Position numbers and translations under genes: made by a program
Notes under the pieces: generated by a model
The model's database searches: none
Told to the model about the DNA's origin: nothing
Seen by the model: the letters and a program-made list of their open reading frames with translations, nothing else
Source of the DNA: a virus
Lineage: Duplodnaviria; Heunggongvirae; Uroviricota; Caudoviricetes
Reading direction: 5' to 3' (one strand)
Length of the DNA stretch: 51,763 nucleotides
Virus record (IMG/VR): IMGVR_UViG_3300045923_000005
Coordinates: 1-51,763 of that record
In this document: positions 13,791 through 22,298 of the stretch, in pieces
How positions within the stretch are numbered: the stretch's first letter is position 1
How the letters are laid out: the number at the start of each line of letters is the position of its first letter

Positions 13791-14121
13791 TTTTCGGCGG
13801 TGGTCGTTGCCCACCCATATGTATTGAAGAATATGTTCCGGTTACGTAATCCGGAGTCATCGATGGCTTTACAACCAAACGCTAGTCCATGTTGAGAGGA
13901 CGCTGACCGTATCAAAAGAAATCTTGTTCCAGCGGTTCTGTGGTAGAGTGACCGCGTGCCTGGCATGGGAGAGGGCCCATGAGTTGCGTCGTCAACGTCA
14001 CCTTGTTGGTGACTCCCGGTTTCGACTATCGAACATCCTGTTCGACCTTCTAGTGCGGTTCTCTGACGACCCCATCGAAGGTTCAGGTGCGGTTTGTGCC
14101 GCTACCTCAACCATGAAGACT

Positions 14122-14149
14122 ATTATACTCTAGTTTTCTCAGAAGTAAA
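14122..14149 (-). promoter_or_regulatory. probable main promoter of the RNA operon, TTTACT-16-TATAAT
   Basis: Direct reading; immediately upstream of the non-coding tract. Confidence 0.7.
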
Positions 14150-14263
14150 GTCTAAGAATTGATCTTAATCAATTCGTAATGTTCTGAGGTCTTAAGTTAA
14201 GTACTTCAAGTATCCTATATAGTAGAATCAGGTCAATTCAGTCTTAAGTAATTGATCTAACTC

Positions 14264-14446
14264 TTAAAATTCGTCATCATCCATCAAGTCAATCGCGCGG
14301 CGAGTGTCGAACCGTTCACGGTGATAGGCTTCCGAGCGCCGATGCGGTGCAGCAGCCTGCTTCTTTTCCGTCTTCCTGACATTCCGGTTAATCCTTGTGG
14401 GCTTCCGGTAGTCGATCTCTTTCTCAGTGTTTCGTGGGTCCGCCAT
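14264..14446 (-). CDS. small basic hypothetical protein
   Basis: ORF with GGTGG RBS-like sequence. Confidence 0.55.
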   Translation of the reverse strand: MADPRNTEKEIDYRKPTRINRNVRKTEKKQAAAPHRRSEAYHRERFDTRRAIDLMDDDEF

Positions 14447-14648
14447 ATGTCTCGGCCAGATAGGCCTCTCGTTCAGCTACAGAATGGATGATAGCCTCGT
14501 ATTGCATTTCTGGCATACCGGCTAGCTCTTTGACCGTGAAGTACATGCCACCATAATCGAAATACACCGCGTGTAAATTCAATTTGCCTTCCCAGCGGTA
14601 GATGCCACCCGCTGAGTTAGCTATTTCTATGGCAGTATTTACGTCCAT
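14424..14648 (-). CDS. hypothetical protein (74 aa)
   Basis: ORF; ATG 7 nt after TATAAT. Confidence 0.65.
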   Translation of the reverse strand: MDVNTAIEIANSAGGIYRWEGKLNLHAVYFDYGGMYFTVKELAGMPEMQYEAIIHSVAEREAYLAETYGGPTKH

Positions 14649-14655
14649 GGCTTAT

Positions 14656-14684
14656 ATTATACCGTGGTCAGTCTTAGAAGTAAA
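14656..14684 (-). promoter_or_regulatory. promoter TTTACT-17-TATAAT (leaderless)
   Basis: Direct reading. Confidence 0.75.
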
Positions 14685-14828
14685 GTCTGGGCAGGTGTGA
14701 TGGACATGAATGCGGGGATCGTCTTTGTGTTGGAGCAACCACGTCTCACCTATGGCAAATATGCCTAGTATAAAGATGAGTAGAATGATCGATCCTAGTC
14801 GCAACGTCAACTCCAGGTTGCCCTGGAG

Positions 14829-15209
14829 TTATTTAGCCTTTCGTGCGTATTTCTTCTTGGCGTAACGCTTTGTGAGTTTATCTACGTTGACATTGATGAT
14901 GTCTTGAGCCTTGATATCACTCTTATGAGCAACGGCCAGTAGATAGTAGAGAGCGTCGCCCAACTCTTTCGTAAGTTCTTTCTTCTCTAGCTTCCGCTCG
15001 TCCCGGACGTCCTTCTTGGATCGTTCAGTAACCTTACCTATCGCCACCACGAACTTCAGGACAGCCTCGACAACCTCGGCGGTCTCGCCAGCCAAGCCGG
15101 TCGTCATGACGTAGTTGTCCTTGAGAGTATACTCGCGCTTGCCGGCCTTAAGAGGACGGCTGCTGGACCACATCTTGGCAACCCAGGCTTGGTATTCGGT
15201 GATGTTCAT
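14829..15209 (-). CDS. mazG: MazG-like nucleotide pyrophosphohydrolase
   Basis: GLAGETAEV...ELGDALYYL...NVDKLTKRY. Confidence 0.8.
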   Translation of the reverse strand: MNITEYQAWVAKMWSSSRPLKAGKREYTLKDNYVMTTGLAGETAEVVEAVLKFVVAIGKVTERSKKDVRDERKLEKKELTKELGDALYYLLAVAHKSDIKAQDIINVNVDKLTKRYAKKKYARKAK

Positions 15210-15469
15210 ACCGGCTCCCGCTTGAACGTCATAATGCCGTCCAGCTTCACTATCTTGGCCTCGGCATTCTCACAGACCTTGTCATCGCTGACGTAACCTT
15301 CCATAAGGAGAAGCTTGATGACACCTGCTAGGTCGCCCATCTCCAATTCAAGATGATCTTGGTTGCGTGTATTGACACCGAACCTTACCTGCTTGGAGGC
15401 TGCCTGGATGACCTCGGCCGCTTCTTCTTGGAGGATCTGTAGGAGTTCTTCGCGACGGTTAGCTGGCAT
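15206..15469 (-). CDS. second MazG-like protein
   Basis: LQEEAAEVIQAASK..RFG...EMGDL. Confidence 0.7.
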   Translation of the reverse strand: MPANRREELLQILQEEAAEVIQAASKQVRFGVNTRNQDHLELEMGDLAGVIKLLLMEGYVSDDKVCENAEAKIVKLDGIMTFKREPV

Positions 15470-15972
15470 TAGTGATTCTCGATTGGTGTGCCGTAAGTGG
15501 GCACAAGCACTTCTTTGGTTCGTACCGGCTGGTTATCCAGGGCACGCTGTAACTGGTTCAGTTGGTCTTGCTTTTGTGCCAACTGGCTCTTTAATGTTCG
15601 GTTCTCTTCCCGGAGATTGACTAGTTCGTCAGCGTCCTTCATGGATTGGAGAATGTTATCGTAGCCCACTACAAGGCAACGCTCATAGTAGATCTGGAAT
15701 GCGTCCGTGGGTCGCATGTTAGATGCGTATACCTGATGCCGGATAAGTGTAATAGGGAACGATTGGATAATCGGTTGTGAAATGTAATGTTCAAAATCAG
15801 ACTCGGCAACTCCGGTAGCCTTGATTGTGGCAATCGCCTGAGCGAACTTGCCTACCTTAGTGCACTGCTCGCTCAATTGGCGACTAGCTTCGGTAGAGTC
15901 ATCGTGAATGGCAGGACCGGCTAATGCCAGCCCTGCCACCATGACGCCCATCATTACGAATAGGCTCTTCAT
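15469..15972 (-). CDS. exported protein with coiled coil
   Basis: Signal peptide; C-terminal heptad-like stretch. Confidence 0.65.
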   Translation of the reverse strand: MKSLFVMMGVMVAGLALAGPAIHDDSTEASRQLSEQCTKVGKFAQAIATIKATGVAESDFEHYISQPIIQSFPITLIRHQVYASNMRPTDAFQIYYERCLVVGYDNILQSMKDADELVNLREENRTLKSQLAQKQDQLNQLQRALDNQPVRTKEVLVPTYGTPIENH

Positions 15973-15973
15973 A

Positions 15974-16900
15974 TTACTTGCTCAGCACCTTCGTGGTGAT
16001 GCGGTCTTCTACAACGCGGAGCTCTTGATGAGTCACAGCATCGACCGGAGCAGCGGCTACAGGAGCCTCTACCGGAGTAGGAGCGGCCAGCGGAGGGCAA
16101 TCCTCACCAGCTTCTGCCATGGCTTCCTTGATGTCCGCACCTTCGGCATGCATCTGCATACGCTTACAGGCTGAACGCTCAAGACCGGCCTCACGCAGTA
16201 GTTTGGTCTGCTTGATCAGGACGCAATTCTTGTCAACGTAAGTCTTACCAAACGTCAAGCCAAGGATTTGAGTCTGAGCACCGGCAGAAGCCGAACCCAA
16301 GCAGGTGTCCATACCACTCGTCAGTGACGCACTATAAGCAGTGGCTACCGGCTGACGATAGGTCTTCGCAGCTTCATAGGTCACATTGGTGTTATTGGAA
16401 CCGTTACCATTGCCATCAGCAGAGGCACTGGATGTGCCACCGGATACGTTGCCTACAGATGAAGTAGATCCAACAGCACCAATGCTAGTGGTTTGAGTAT
16501 TAGTATTCTTAACAGCACCAGAGGCAATAGAGCTAGAAGCAGAACCGCCGGCACCACCAGTCCCACCATTTGCAACGTTGGAAACATTGTTGGTGTTGGC
16601 ATTGCTGACTTTGTTCGTGTTCGTGCCACCGGTAGCGCTCACATTGTTGGTGTTTGAACTGTTGCCCGAATTATTTAGGGATTGCTGTTGCTGCTGATTG
16701 GCATTGCCGCCAGTAGCAGAAGCATTCCCACCAGTTGCCTTAGAAGAAGAGCTCGCACCGGCTGATGCCGATACATTCACTTCCCATTGGCCAGTGCTCT
16801 GGTTGCAGTTACAGTTCGGCGGTTGCGGGCCATTACAAGCCTGCGCTGCCGTTGCGCCCAAGAGCGCTAGAGCCAGGAAGGCTCCTAGAAAAGATTTCAT
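15974..16900 (-). CDS. exported G/S/N/T-rich low-complexity protein with Cys-containing C-terminal domain
   Basis: Signal peptide; N-V-S/T repeats; four Cys in the C-terminal region. Confidence 0.7.
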   Translation of the reverse strand: MKSFLGAFLALALLGATAAQACNGPQPPNCNCNQSTGQWEVNVSASAGASSSSKATGGNASATGGNANQQQQQSLNNSGNSSNTNNVSATGGTNTNKVSNANTNNVSNVANGGTGGAGGSASSSIASGAVKNTNTQTTSIGAVGSTSSVGNVSGGTSSASADGNGNGSNNTNVTYEAAKTYRQPVATAYSASLTSGMDTCLGSASAGAQTQILGLTFGKTYVDKNCVLIKQTKLLREAGLERSACKRMQMHAEGADIKEAMAEAGEDCPPLAAPTPVEAPVAAAPVDAVTHQELRVVEDRITTKVLSK

Positions 16901-16947
16901 GATATCTCCATTGATGTAAAGTCAATTCAAATCAAACGTCACGTTCA

Positions 16948-16976
16948 ATTATACTCTAACAAACTTTAAGAGTAAA
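16948..16976 (-). promoter_or_regulatory. promoter TTTACT-17-TATAAT (leadered)
   Basis: Direct reading; GGAG RBS before ATG at 16900. Confidence 0.7.
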
Positions 16977-17286
16977 AGACTTGGAAGAGTATTTTGTCCG
17001 ACCATATTAAGTTAACCAACATCAGTACATCGATGATGGCTATGGCCCAGAACAAAATCTTGTAGCGGCGATCCGCAATGGCTAGGATGCCACCGGCGAG
17101 AAGGATCAACCAGAAGAGTTTTACGAACAGAATCCCATTAATGCCGAACTGGGCTATAATATAGGCCATGGATGGGTTGGCTTCCATACCTGACTCAAAG
17201 GTAAGGATGGTCTTGGTTATTAGGAAGTCAACCACACTCAGGGCAGCAAGTATCCAATACACAATCCAAATCTGCTTCTTAACCAT
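16966..17286 (-). CDS. membrane protein (DUF5658-like)
   Basis: LSVVDFLIT...G.EANP.M motif and 3 hydrophobic helices; start set at MVKKQIW. Confidence 0.6.
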   Translation of the reverse strand: MVKKQIWIVYWILAALSVVDFLITKTILTFESGMEANPSMAYIIAQFGINGILFVKLFWLILLAGGILAIADRRYKILFWAIAIIDVLMLVNLIWSDKILFQVFYS

Positions 17287-17488
17287 ACGCGGCTGCGCAG
17301 TTGGCTGAGCAGAATGCACCGATGGTCTTGTTTGGATGACCGAGTGACTTCCAGTATCTGGAAGCAGGCATAAAGATAGGAGGGTATGGTTGGACTTGTT
17401 CGCAACCAACGGTGGCGTTACACTTCAAACAGAACCACGGCATTGGGACCGGAGTATAGACGTCTAGATTTTCTGCGCTACTCGCCAT
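17279..17488 (-). CDS. small Cys-rich hypothetical protein
   Basis: CxxC and FCSxxC motifs; coupled to neighbours. Confidence 0.45.
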   Translation of the reverse strand: MASSAENLDVYTPVPMPWFCLKCNATVGCEQVQPYPPIFMPASRYWKSLGHPNKTIGAFCSANCAAAYG

Positions 17489-18024
17489 GGCTTGCCGTGC
17501 TCATCATAAAACATGTTGTAGAGACCTTCGGTTCGACCGTAGGCTTCAAGTTCCCAAGGGGAATCATAGTAAGCCCACTCGGCCGCGAATGGACCGGCTG
17601 CTTTCTTTGGCTTGGGTTCAAAATATTCAACACCATGGAACATCGTTCCAATGATGTTTTCACCTTTATATAGATCCTTCATCTCACCCAGGACGTACTG
17701 CTTGACGTGTACTAGCTCATGGGCAAGATACTGAAGGGTCTTCTTGTATTTCGTGAGCGGCTTGGTTGCCTTTTTGCTGATGGCGAACTTAGCTAGAGTG
17801 ACGAAGTAATGATCCTTGGTGTCAGATGAAGGATTCATCCAGGCTTCATACTTGTTGAGATCGTCTCGTTCGTCAGGGTCAACTTCATTGCGGTCAACGA
17901 AGTCAATTTGAATGGTTAGCTTTTTGATGCGATACGGTGTAAGGAATCGACCGAGACAATAGCGTGCAAACTGTTTTACAAGCTTGACATCGCGAGGGTT
18001 ATCTAATCCCTTGACTATCAGCAT
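17464..18024 (-). CDS. HExxH metallopeptidase-like protein
   Basis: LAHELVHVKQY...PWELEAY. Confidence 0.75.
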   Translation of the reverse strand: MLIVKGLDNPRDVKLVKQFARYCLGRFLTPYRIKKLTIQIDFVDRNEVDPDERDDLNKYEAWMNPSSDTKDHYFVTLAKFAISKKATKPLTKYKKTLQYLAHELVHVKQYVLGEMKDLYKGENIIGTMFHGVEYFEPKPKKAAGPFAAEWAYYDSPWELEAYGRTEGLYNMFYDEHGKPWRVAQKI

Positions 18025-18065
18025 CGGGTGGCTCCAAGAGGGTTGGCTACCCTCTATTTAGAGGA

Positions 18066-18440
18066 TCACTCAGAAAGCATTGAAACCGAAGAAGAAACAG
18101 AGATACCGTTGATTTCCTTAAGAGAATCGAGGCGGAAGGCTCTCCAACCCTTGGCTTCGACATCCCATACTGAGATTGCAGTGGAATCTGTCTCGGTCAG
18201 GGTGCTTCGTCCACGATTTTCCTCGGGAAGGAAAGCATCGTTGAGTGTGGCCTTCATGGCGCGTTCCTGGCCATTTGCCTTGGTGAACACGACATGTACG
18301 ACGCCTCGACGAAGAGCGGCATGTAACTGTGAAATATCCATCTTCATTTCCTCGGCATGATGTTTGCAAATTTCTCTGTACGAAGGTTCACAACCACCGG
18401 TTTTTTCCAGTGCGCAACCGGTAAATGGACATTTTGACAT
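18066..18440 (-). CDS. WYL_2/DUF2693-like SH3-fold protein
   Basis: VVFTKANGQERAMKATL...VWDVEAKGWRAFRLD. Confidence 0.7.
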   Translation of the reverse strand: MSKCPFTGCALEKTGGCEPSYREICKHHAEEMKMDISQLHAALRRGVVHVVFTKANGQERAMKATLNDAFLPEENRGRSTLTETDSTAISVWDVEAKGWRAFRLDSLKEINGISVSSSVSMLSE

Positions 18441-18479
18441 CGCTCAATCCTCAGAGGGTTTATCCGACTGTAGGATTCT

Positions 18480-18508
18480 ATTATACTCTATGGATGTGTA
18501 AGAGTATA
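18480..18508 (-). promoter_or_regulatory. promoter TATACT-17-TATAAT
   Basis: Direct reading; same spacing as other copies. Confidence 0.55.
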
Positions 18509-19039
18509 GCCGTACTGGGCGATGAAGTAGGCGTCAACGATGTCTGAGACAGGAGAGCCGATGTTCTTACCGGAACCCATGGTCTGGAGTTTGATGCCGG
18601 TCTGCTTGACGAAGGCTTCGTACATCTGTTCCTTCTTGGCATTACCCTTACCGGTTGCCACCTTCTTGATGACGGTAGGAGGGATGGTCGTAATACCGTA
18701 GTTGAGCGCCCACAGTTTGTGCTTTAGCAAACCGGTATTCTCGGCGATATGAAAGACGCGTCCTTTACTACCCATGGAGTAATCTTCAATGTAGACTGGA
18801 GTGTTTGGAGACACCCTTAAACGCTCTAGTTGTTTGATGAAGTAATCAGATATCTGATGGAATCGCTCTTCCTGGGTCTTGTATTCAGAATGTAACTGAC
18901 CATTGACTTGCCCTAGGAAGTGGGGTCCTTCATATTTCTTCACGTCCGTAAGAAAATAGAACTCGCTGTTGTTCCAGTCCGGTTTGAACTGGATACACAT
19001 ACAAGGGCAAGACATACTATAGTCAAATGATACAATCAC
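18488..19039 (-). CDS. RuvC-like (RNase H fold) nuclease
   Basis: SFDYS...IEDYS...KKVATGKGNAKKEQM...DIVDAY. Confidence 0.8.
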   Translation of the reverse strand: MIVSFDYSMSCPCMCIQFKPDWNNSEFYFLTDVKKYEGPHFLGQVNGQLHSEYKTQEERFHQISDYFIKQLERLRVSPNTPVYIEDYSMGSKGRVFHIAENTGLLKHKLWALNYGITTIPPTVIKKVATGKGNAKKEQMYEAFVKQTGIKLQTMGSGKNIGSPVSDIVDAYFIAQYGYTLTHP

Positions 19040-19042
19040 AAA

Positions 19043-19237
19043 TTAACCCCAGTTGGTGTCTTCGTCCTCGTCGGTATCAGAGTCATCGTCTACGTCATGC
19101 TCTTCGGTATCCAGGTCAATTGGATTACCACAGAAGCAGCACATATCCGGCATGCCGTCGGTCATAGCGGTGTCGAATGTGACTTTATATTCAGAGTCAC
19201 AGCCTTCACATACGATTTGGATAGTTTCCTTGCTCAT
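19043..19237 (-). CDS. zinc-ribbon protein with acidic tail
   Basis: CEGC...CCFCG; D/E-rich C-terminus. Confidence 0.65.
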   Translation of the reverse strand: MSKETIQIVCEGCDSEYKVTFDTAMTDGMPDMCCFCGNPIDLDTEEHDVDDDSDTDEDEDTNWG

Positions 19238-19246
19238 CGTCTCCCC

Positions 19247-21163
19247 TTACAATTCACAGACACCGGCGCTGCATGCCAATTCTTTGGCAGCCGTCGTGGT
19301 ATCTGTTTCTTCTTTGAACTTTGTCCAGTCAATTGAAACATTCTGAGTCTTCAGTATCTCATTATACTTAGTCTCATCAATTTCTTCATATGGTGCCTGA
19401 CGATAAGAGCCTGTGTCCCGAGGGAGGAAGCTGACGCCAGAGATGCCGTCCATGTTCTTGTAAACCCAGGATCCTACTTCCATCCACTCGTCGTCGCCGA
19501 CGTAGACGGTAATAGAAGGCTTGTGCTCGCAGTAATGCTCTTGGTATACCTTCCATAACTCCAATTGGGTGATAGCTGAAACGTCCTTGACTAGTACGCT
19601 ACCGGCTGGTGCCTTCATAGGGAAGGCGAACACCCAATTGTTCTTGTTGTGGACGTCTTCTTCGGCAAGGTAGCCGTTCGTCATCATAAACTGACCTAGT
19701 GGGTCGGTTTTGGCGAGACGTACTCTACGAATGTAATACTGGGCATAACGAGGGTGTATGCCAGACGCACTATCCACGAGTTGGCTAACAGTTCCGCTTG
19801 GCTTAACACAGGTGATTGCTGCACTTGGCTCAACTCCTATCAATTTAGCGTATTCTTTGTTGACGGCGACGGCCTCTTCACGAAGCATACTCAAAGCAAC
19901 CTTAAGTGCTTCTTCACCTGAACCGAATCCAACCTTGCCGGTACGACCGTTGGTGACTTTACAATCCATGATGCCCGTAAGACTAACGCCCAGTAATCGT
20001 TCTTCCTCTGTATTGGTCTTCCACTTCTTGTTCAGATAACGGAAGTCAGATAGAGTAGATTGTAGGGTGCCCAGAATGGTGGCCAAGCGAACCTTGCGCT
20101 TCAATTCCTTAAGGCTATCATCGGCGCGGACCACCACTTCCGTTAGATTACAGAACTGATATGGGCGTAGAATGATCTCTGAGCAAGGATTGGTGCCGTA
20201 GTCGATGTCCGCGGAACGACGCTCGTACTTGGCGGCAGCCTTCTGGCTAGCCTCTCGTGAGAAGATACCTCGTTCGCCGGAGCGGGAAGCATGTAGGGCG
20301 AACCATTCACGCATGAAGGTTTCCATGTCAGGCTTGTTCTCATACACGGCAGATATGTTGGCTAATGCGCGTTGGTTGTTTTCGAGCCACCAGTTACCAG
20401 ACTTGGCGTGACGTAGCTTGTCATCGTTTAAGTCAGTCAAGGAGATCAAGGCAGAGCGACGGACGCCTCCTGATACTACAATGTCAGCAATCTTACAAAC
20501 GATATCGTGACACTCTAGGGTGCTCAGCTTGCGACCGTGCGCCTTCTGGAATACATTGATGGTGAACTGTAACAAGTCAATCAAAGGCTCTGGACCGCTA
20601 GCACGACCGCCGAAGGTCATCAGGCGAGCACCGGATGGGCGCAACTTAGAGACGTCCCACTGAGGAATCTTGCCAGAGTAAAGGAGCGAGATGAATTCAC
20701 GATAACCACTGGCCCAACCCAGCTTGGAGTCTTTGAAAACGATCTTGGTGTCTGTTGGGTGAAGTTCATCAGGAACTTCGGGCAACTTGTTGACGTATTT
20801 ACTTTCAACAGAGAAGCCGACGCCTGTACCACACATGCTAATGTACATCAACTCATCGAAGGACTTGACTGAGTCAATTGGAAGATATGAGCAGTTGTAA
20901 CCAGCCACGTTGTCTTTGTCGAGCGCCTCACCGGCAGTCATTAGTGCGCGCATAGAAGGCATGATCTCTAAGCCAAGAATGGCGGCCTTCAATTCATCGA
21001 ATGGAATCTTGCTTTTGTTCTTTCCTGAACGTCCCTTGAAGAAGGTAATGTAGCGGTCAACGGTTTCCTCAAACGTTTCCCTACGACCCAAGTCATCACA
21101 GAAGCGCGCATATCTGCTTACGTGAATGAACTGTTGATAAATAGTAGGTAACATGTTGGACAT
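19247..21163 (-). CDS. nrdJ: class II (adenosylcobalamin) ribonucleotide reductase
   Basis: YNCSY, TNPCSEI, CNLTEV, VKPSGTVS, C-terminal CSAGVC; no beta subunit adjacent. Confidence 0.9.
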   Translation of the reverse strand: MSNMLPTIYQQFIHVSRYARFCDDLGRRETFEETVDRYITFFKGRSGKNKSKIPFDELKAAILGLEIMPSMRALMTAGEALDKDNVAGYNCSYLPIDSVKSFDELMYISMCGTGVGFSVESKYVNKLPEVPDELHPTDTKIVFKDSKLGWASGYREFISLLYSGKIPQWDVSKLRPSGARLMTFGGRASGPEPLIDLLQFTINVFQKAHGRKLSTLECHDIVCKIADIVVSGGVRRSALISLTDLNDDKLRHAKSGNWWLENNQRALANISAVYENKPDMETFMREWFALHASRSGERGIFSREASQKAAAKYERRSADIDYGTNPCSEIILRPYQFCNLTEVVVRADDSLKELKRKVRLATILGTLQSTLSDFRYLNKKWKTNTEEERLLGVSLTGIMDCKVTNGRTGKVGFGSGEEALKVALSMLREEAVAVNKEYAKLIGVEPSAAITCVKPSGTVSQLVDSASGIHPRYAQYYIRRVRLAKTDPLGQFMMTNGYLAEEDVHNKNNWVFAFPMKAPAGSVLVKDVSAITQLELWKVYQEHYCEHKPSITVYVGDDEWMEVGSWVYKNMDGISGVSFLPRDTGSYRQAPYEEIDETKYNEILKTQNVSIDWTKFKEETDTTTAAKELACSAGVCEL

Positions 21164-21285
21164 TATTTCATACCCATGTGTTTAGGAACAATATGATGGA
21201 AATGCGTTGACCGCATAATACTCTTCTTGATTTATTTGTATTGAGTCGTATATAGTTTCGACGACTCTTAAGTCAGAAGACGTTG

Positions 21286-21483
21286 TTATTTGTATCGTTC
21301 TGGGAACAGAACTTTCAAGTCATCCATCACGAAAGGTTTACGGTCTACACGACGCGTAATGATGGTGCTAGCAGTGATACCTTCACACTCACAAGGTTGA
21401 TCCTTACCGCAAACTGCGCATGCCTGAACTTCCTCATAAGCTTCAGGTAGGACACGACCAAATTGTTGTTGATATGCTGACAT
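21286..21483 (-). CDS. small Cys-containing hypothetical protein
   Basis: ORF, CAVC...CEC. Confidence 0.5.
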   Translation of the reverse strand: MSAYQQQFGRVLPEAYEEVQACAVCGKDQPCECEGITASTIITRRVDRKPFVMDDLKVLFPERYK

Positions 21484-22298
21484 TATTTTTCTCCGCGTAG
21501 TTCGTTAAAGTTCTTGATGGTGACCGGCACGATTGGCTCGATCAATTGAAGGATTGCTTCGGCATACACCCTGATCTCTTTCTGGGAATGAGTGTGCGCA
21601 CGTAGCGTCAGGAAGTGTAGTAGGTTGTGCAGATTCACCGTGGCGAACATCTTAGAGTACATGGCCACTGGTAGAACAATGCGGGCGAGCTCACGAGCCG
21701 TTCCCTTGTTCAATAGACGCAGATAGGTCTTATATGAGCGCATGATGCTGGAGTACATCTGGGTCTGTATCCACTGAGCCTCTGGATGTTGCTCGTCAGT
21801 GCGCATCTGCTTGTTGCTGGCGTGCTGCTGATTGATGTCAGCCAGAGCCGGAATATAGAAGCCCATATCCAGTTCAGTGTAACGAGCACTGACTTCGTTG
21901 TATGCCCAGGTACGATGGCGATGCCACTGGCGGTAGACAAAGATTGGAGCCTTGACTTCAAATGTGAAGGTCACGGACTCGAATGGTGATGTGTGTTTGT
22001 TCTTCAGCAAGTAGGCAATCAGCTTGGCGTCCTTGCCGATGACTTCATCCAGTTCCGGTTCGCGCCAACCGGCATCATAGGAGACGCGGGCTGAACGTAC
22101 AACTGAAAGATCTCCGCCCATATGGTCGACCAAACGAATATAACCACCATTCAACACTTCAATTTTATCTGTCATTATTTTCTCTTCTTGTTTTTTGGGT
22201 TCCTTGCAAGCTGGACAACGTTGATCCAGGTTTCCAGAGAACCACATGTGAGTATTACCGCAACCAGGTGTTGGGCAACCGATAGCATACATCCCCAT
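21483..22298 (-). CDS. thyX: flavin-dependent thymidylate synthase
   Basis: HTSPFE, RHR...YNEVSARY, ELARIVLP; in-frame N-terminal CxxxxC..CxxC extension (core start ~22175). Confidence 0.92.
   Translation of the reverse strand: MGMYAIGCPTPGCGNTHMWFSGNLDQRCPACKEPKKQEEKIMTDKIEVLNGGYIRLVDHMGGDLSVVRSARVSYDAGWREPELDEVIGKDAKLIAYLLKNKHTSPFESVTFTFEVKAPIFVYRQWHRHRTWAYNEVSARYTELDMGFYIPALADINQQHASNKQMRTDEQHPEAQWIQTQMYSSIMRSYKTYLRLLNKGTARELARIVLPVAMYSKMFATVNLHNLLHFLTLRAHTHSQKEIRVYAEAILQLIEPIVPVTIKNFNELRGEK

Noticed and set aside
7120-13966. ORFs called inside the tRNA array (for example 9617..9982, 10050..10478, 13174..13383, 13760..13966)
   Set aside because: They run through tRNA or structured RNA genes and lack RBS or protein-like composition
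22176-22298. Novel zinc-finger-ThyX fusion
   Set aside because: In frame, but a separate internal start (MTDKIEV) is equally plausible; cannot be distinguished without homologs or proteomics
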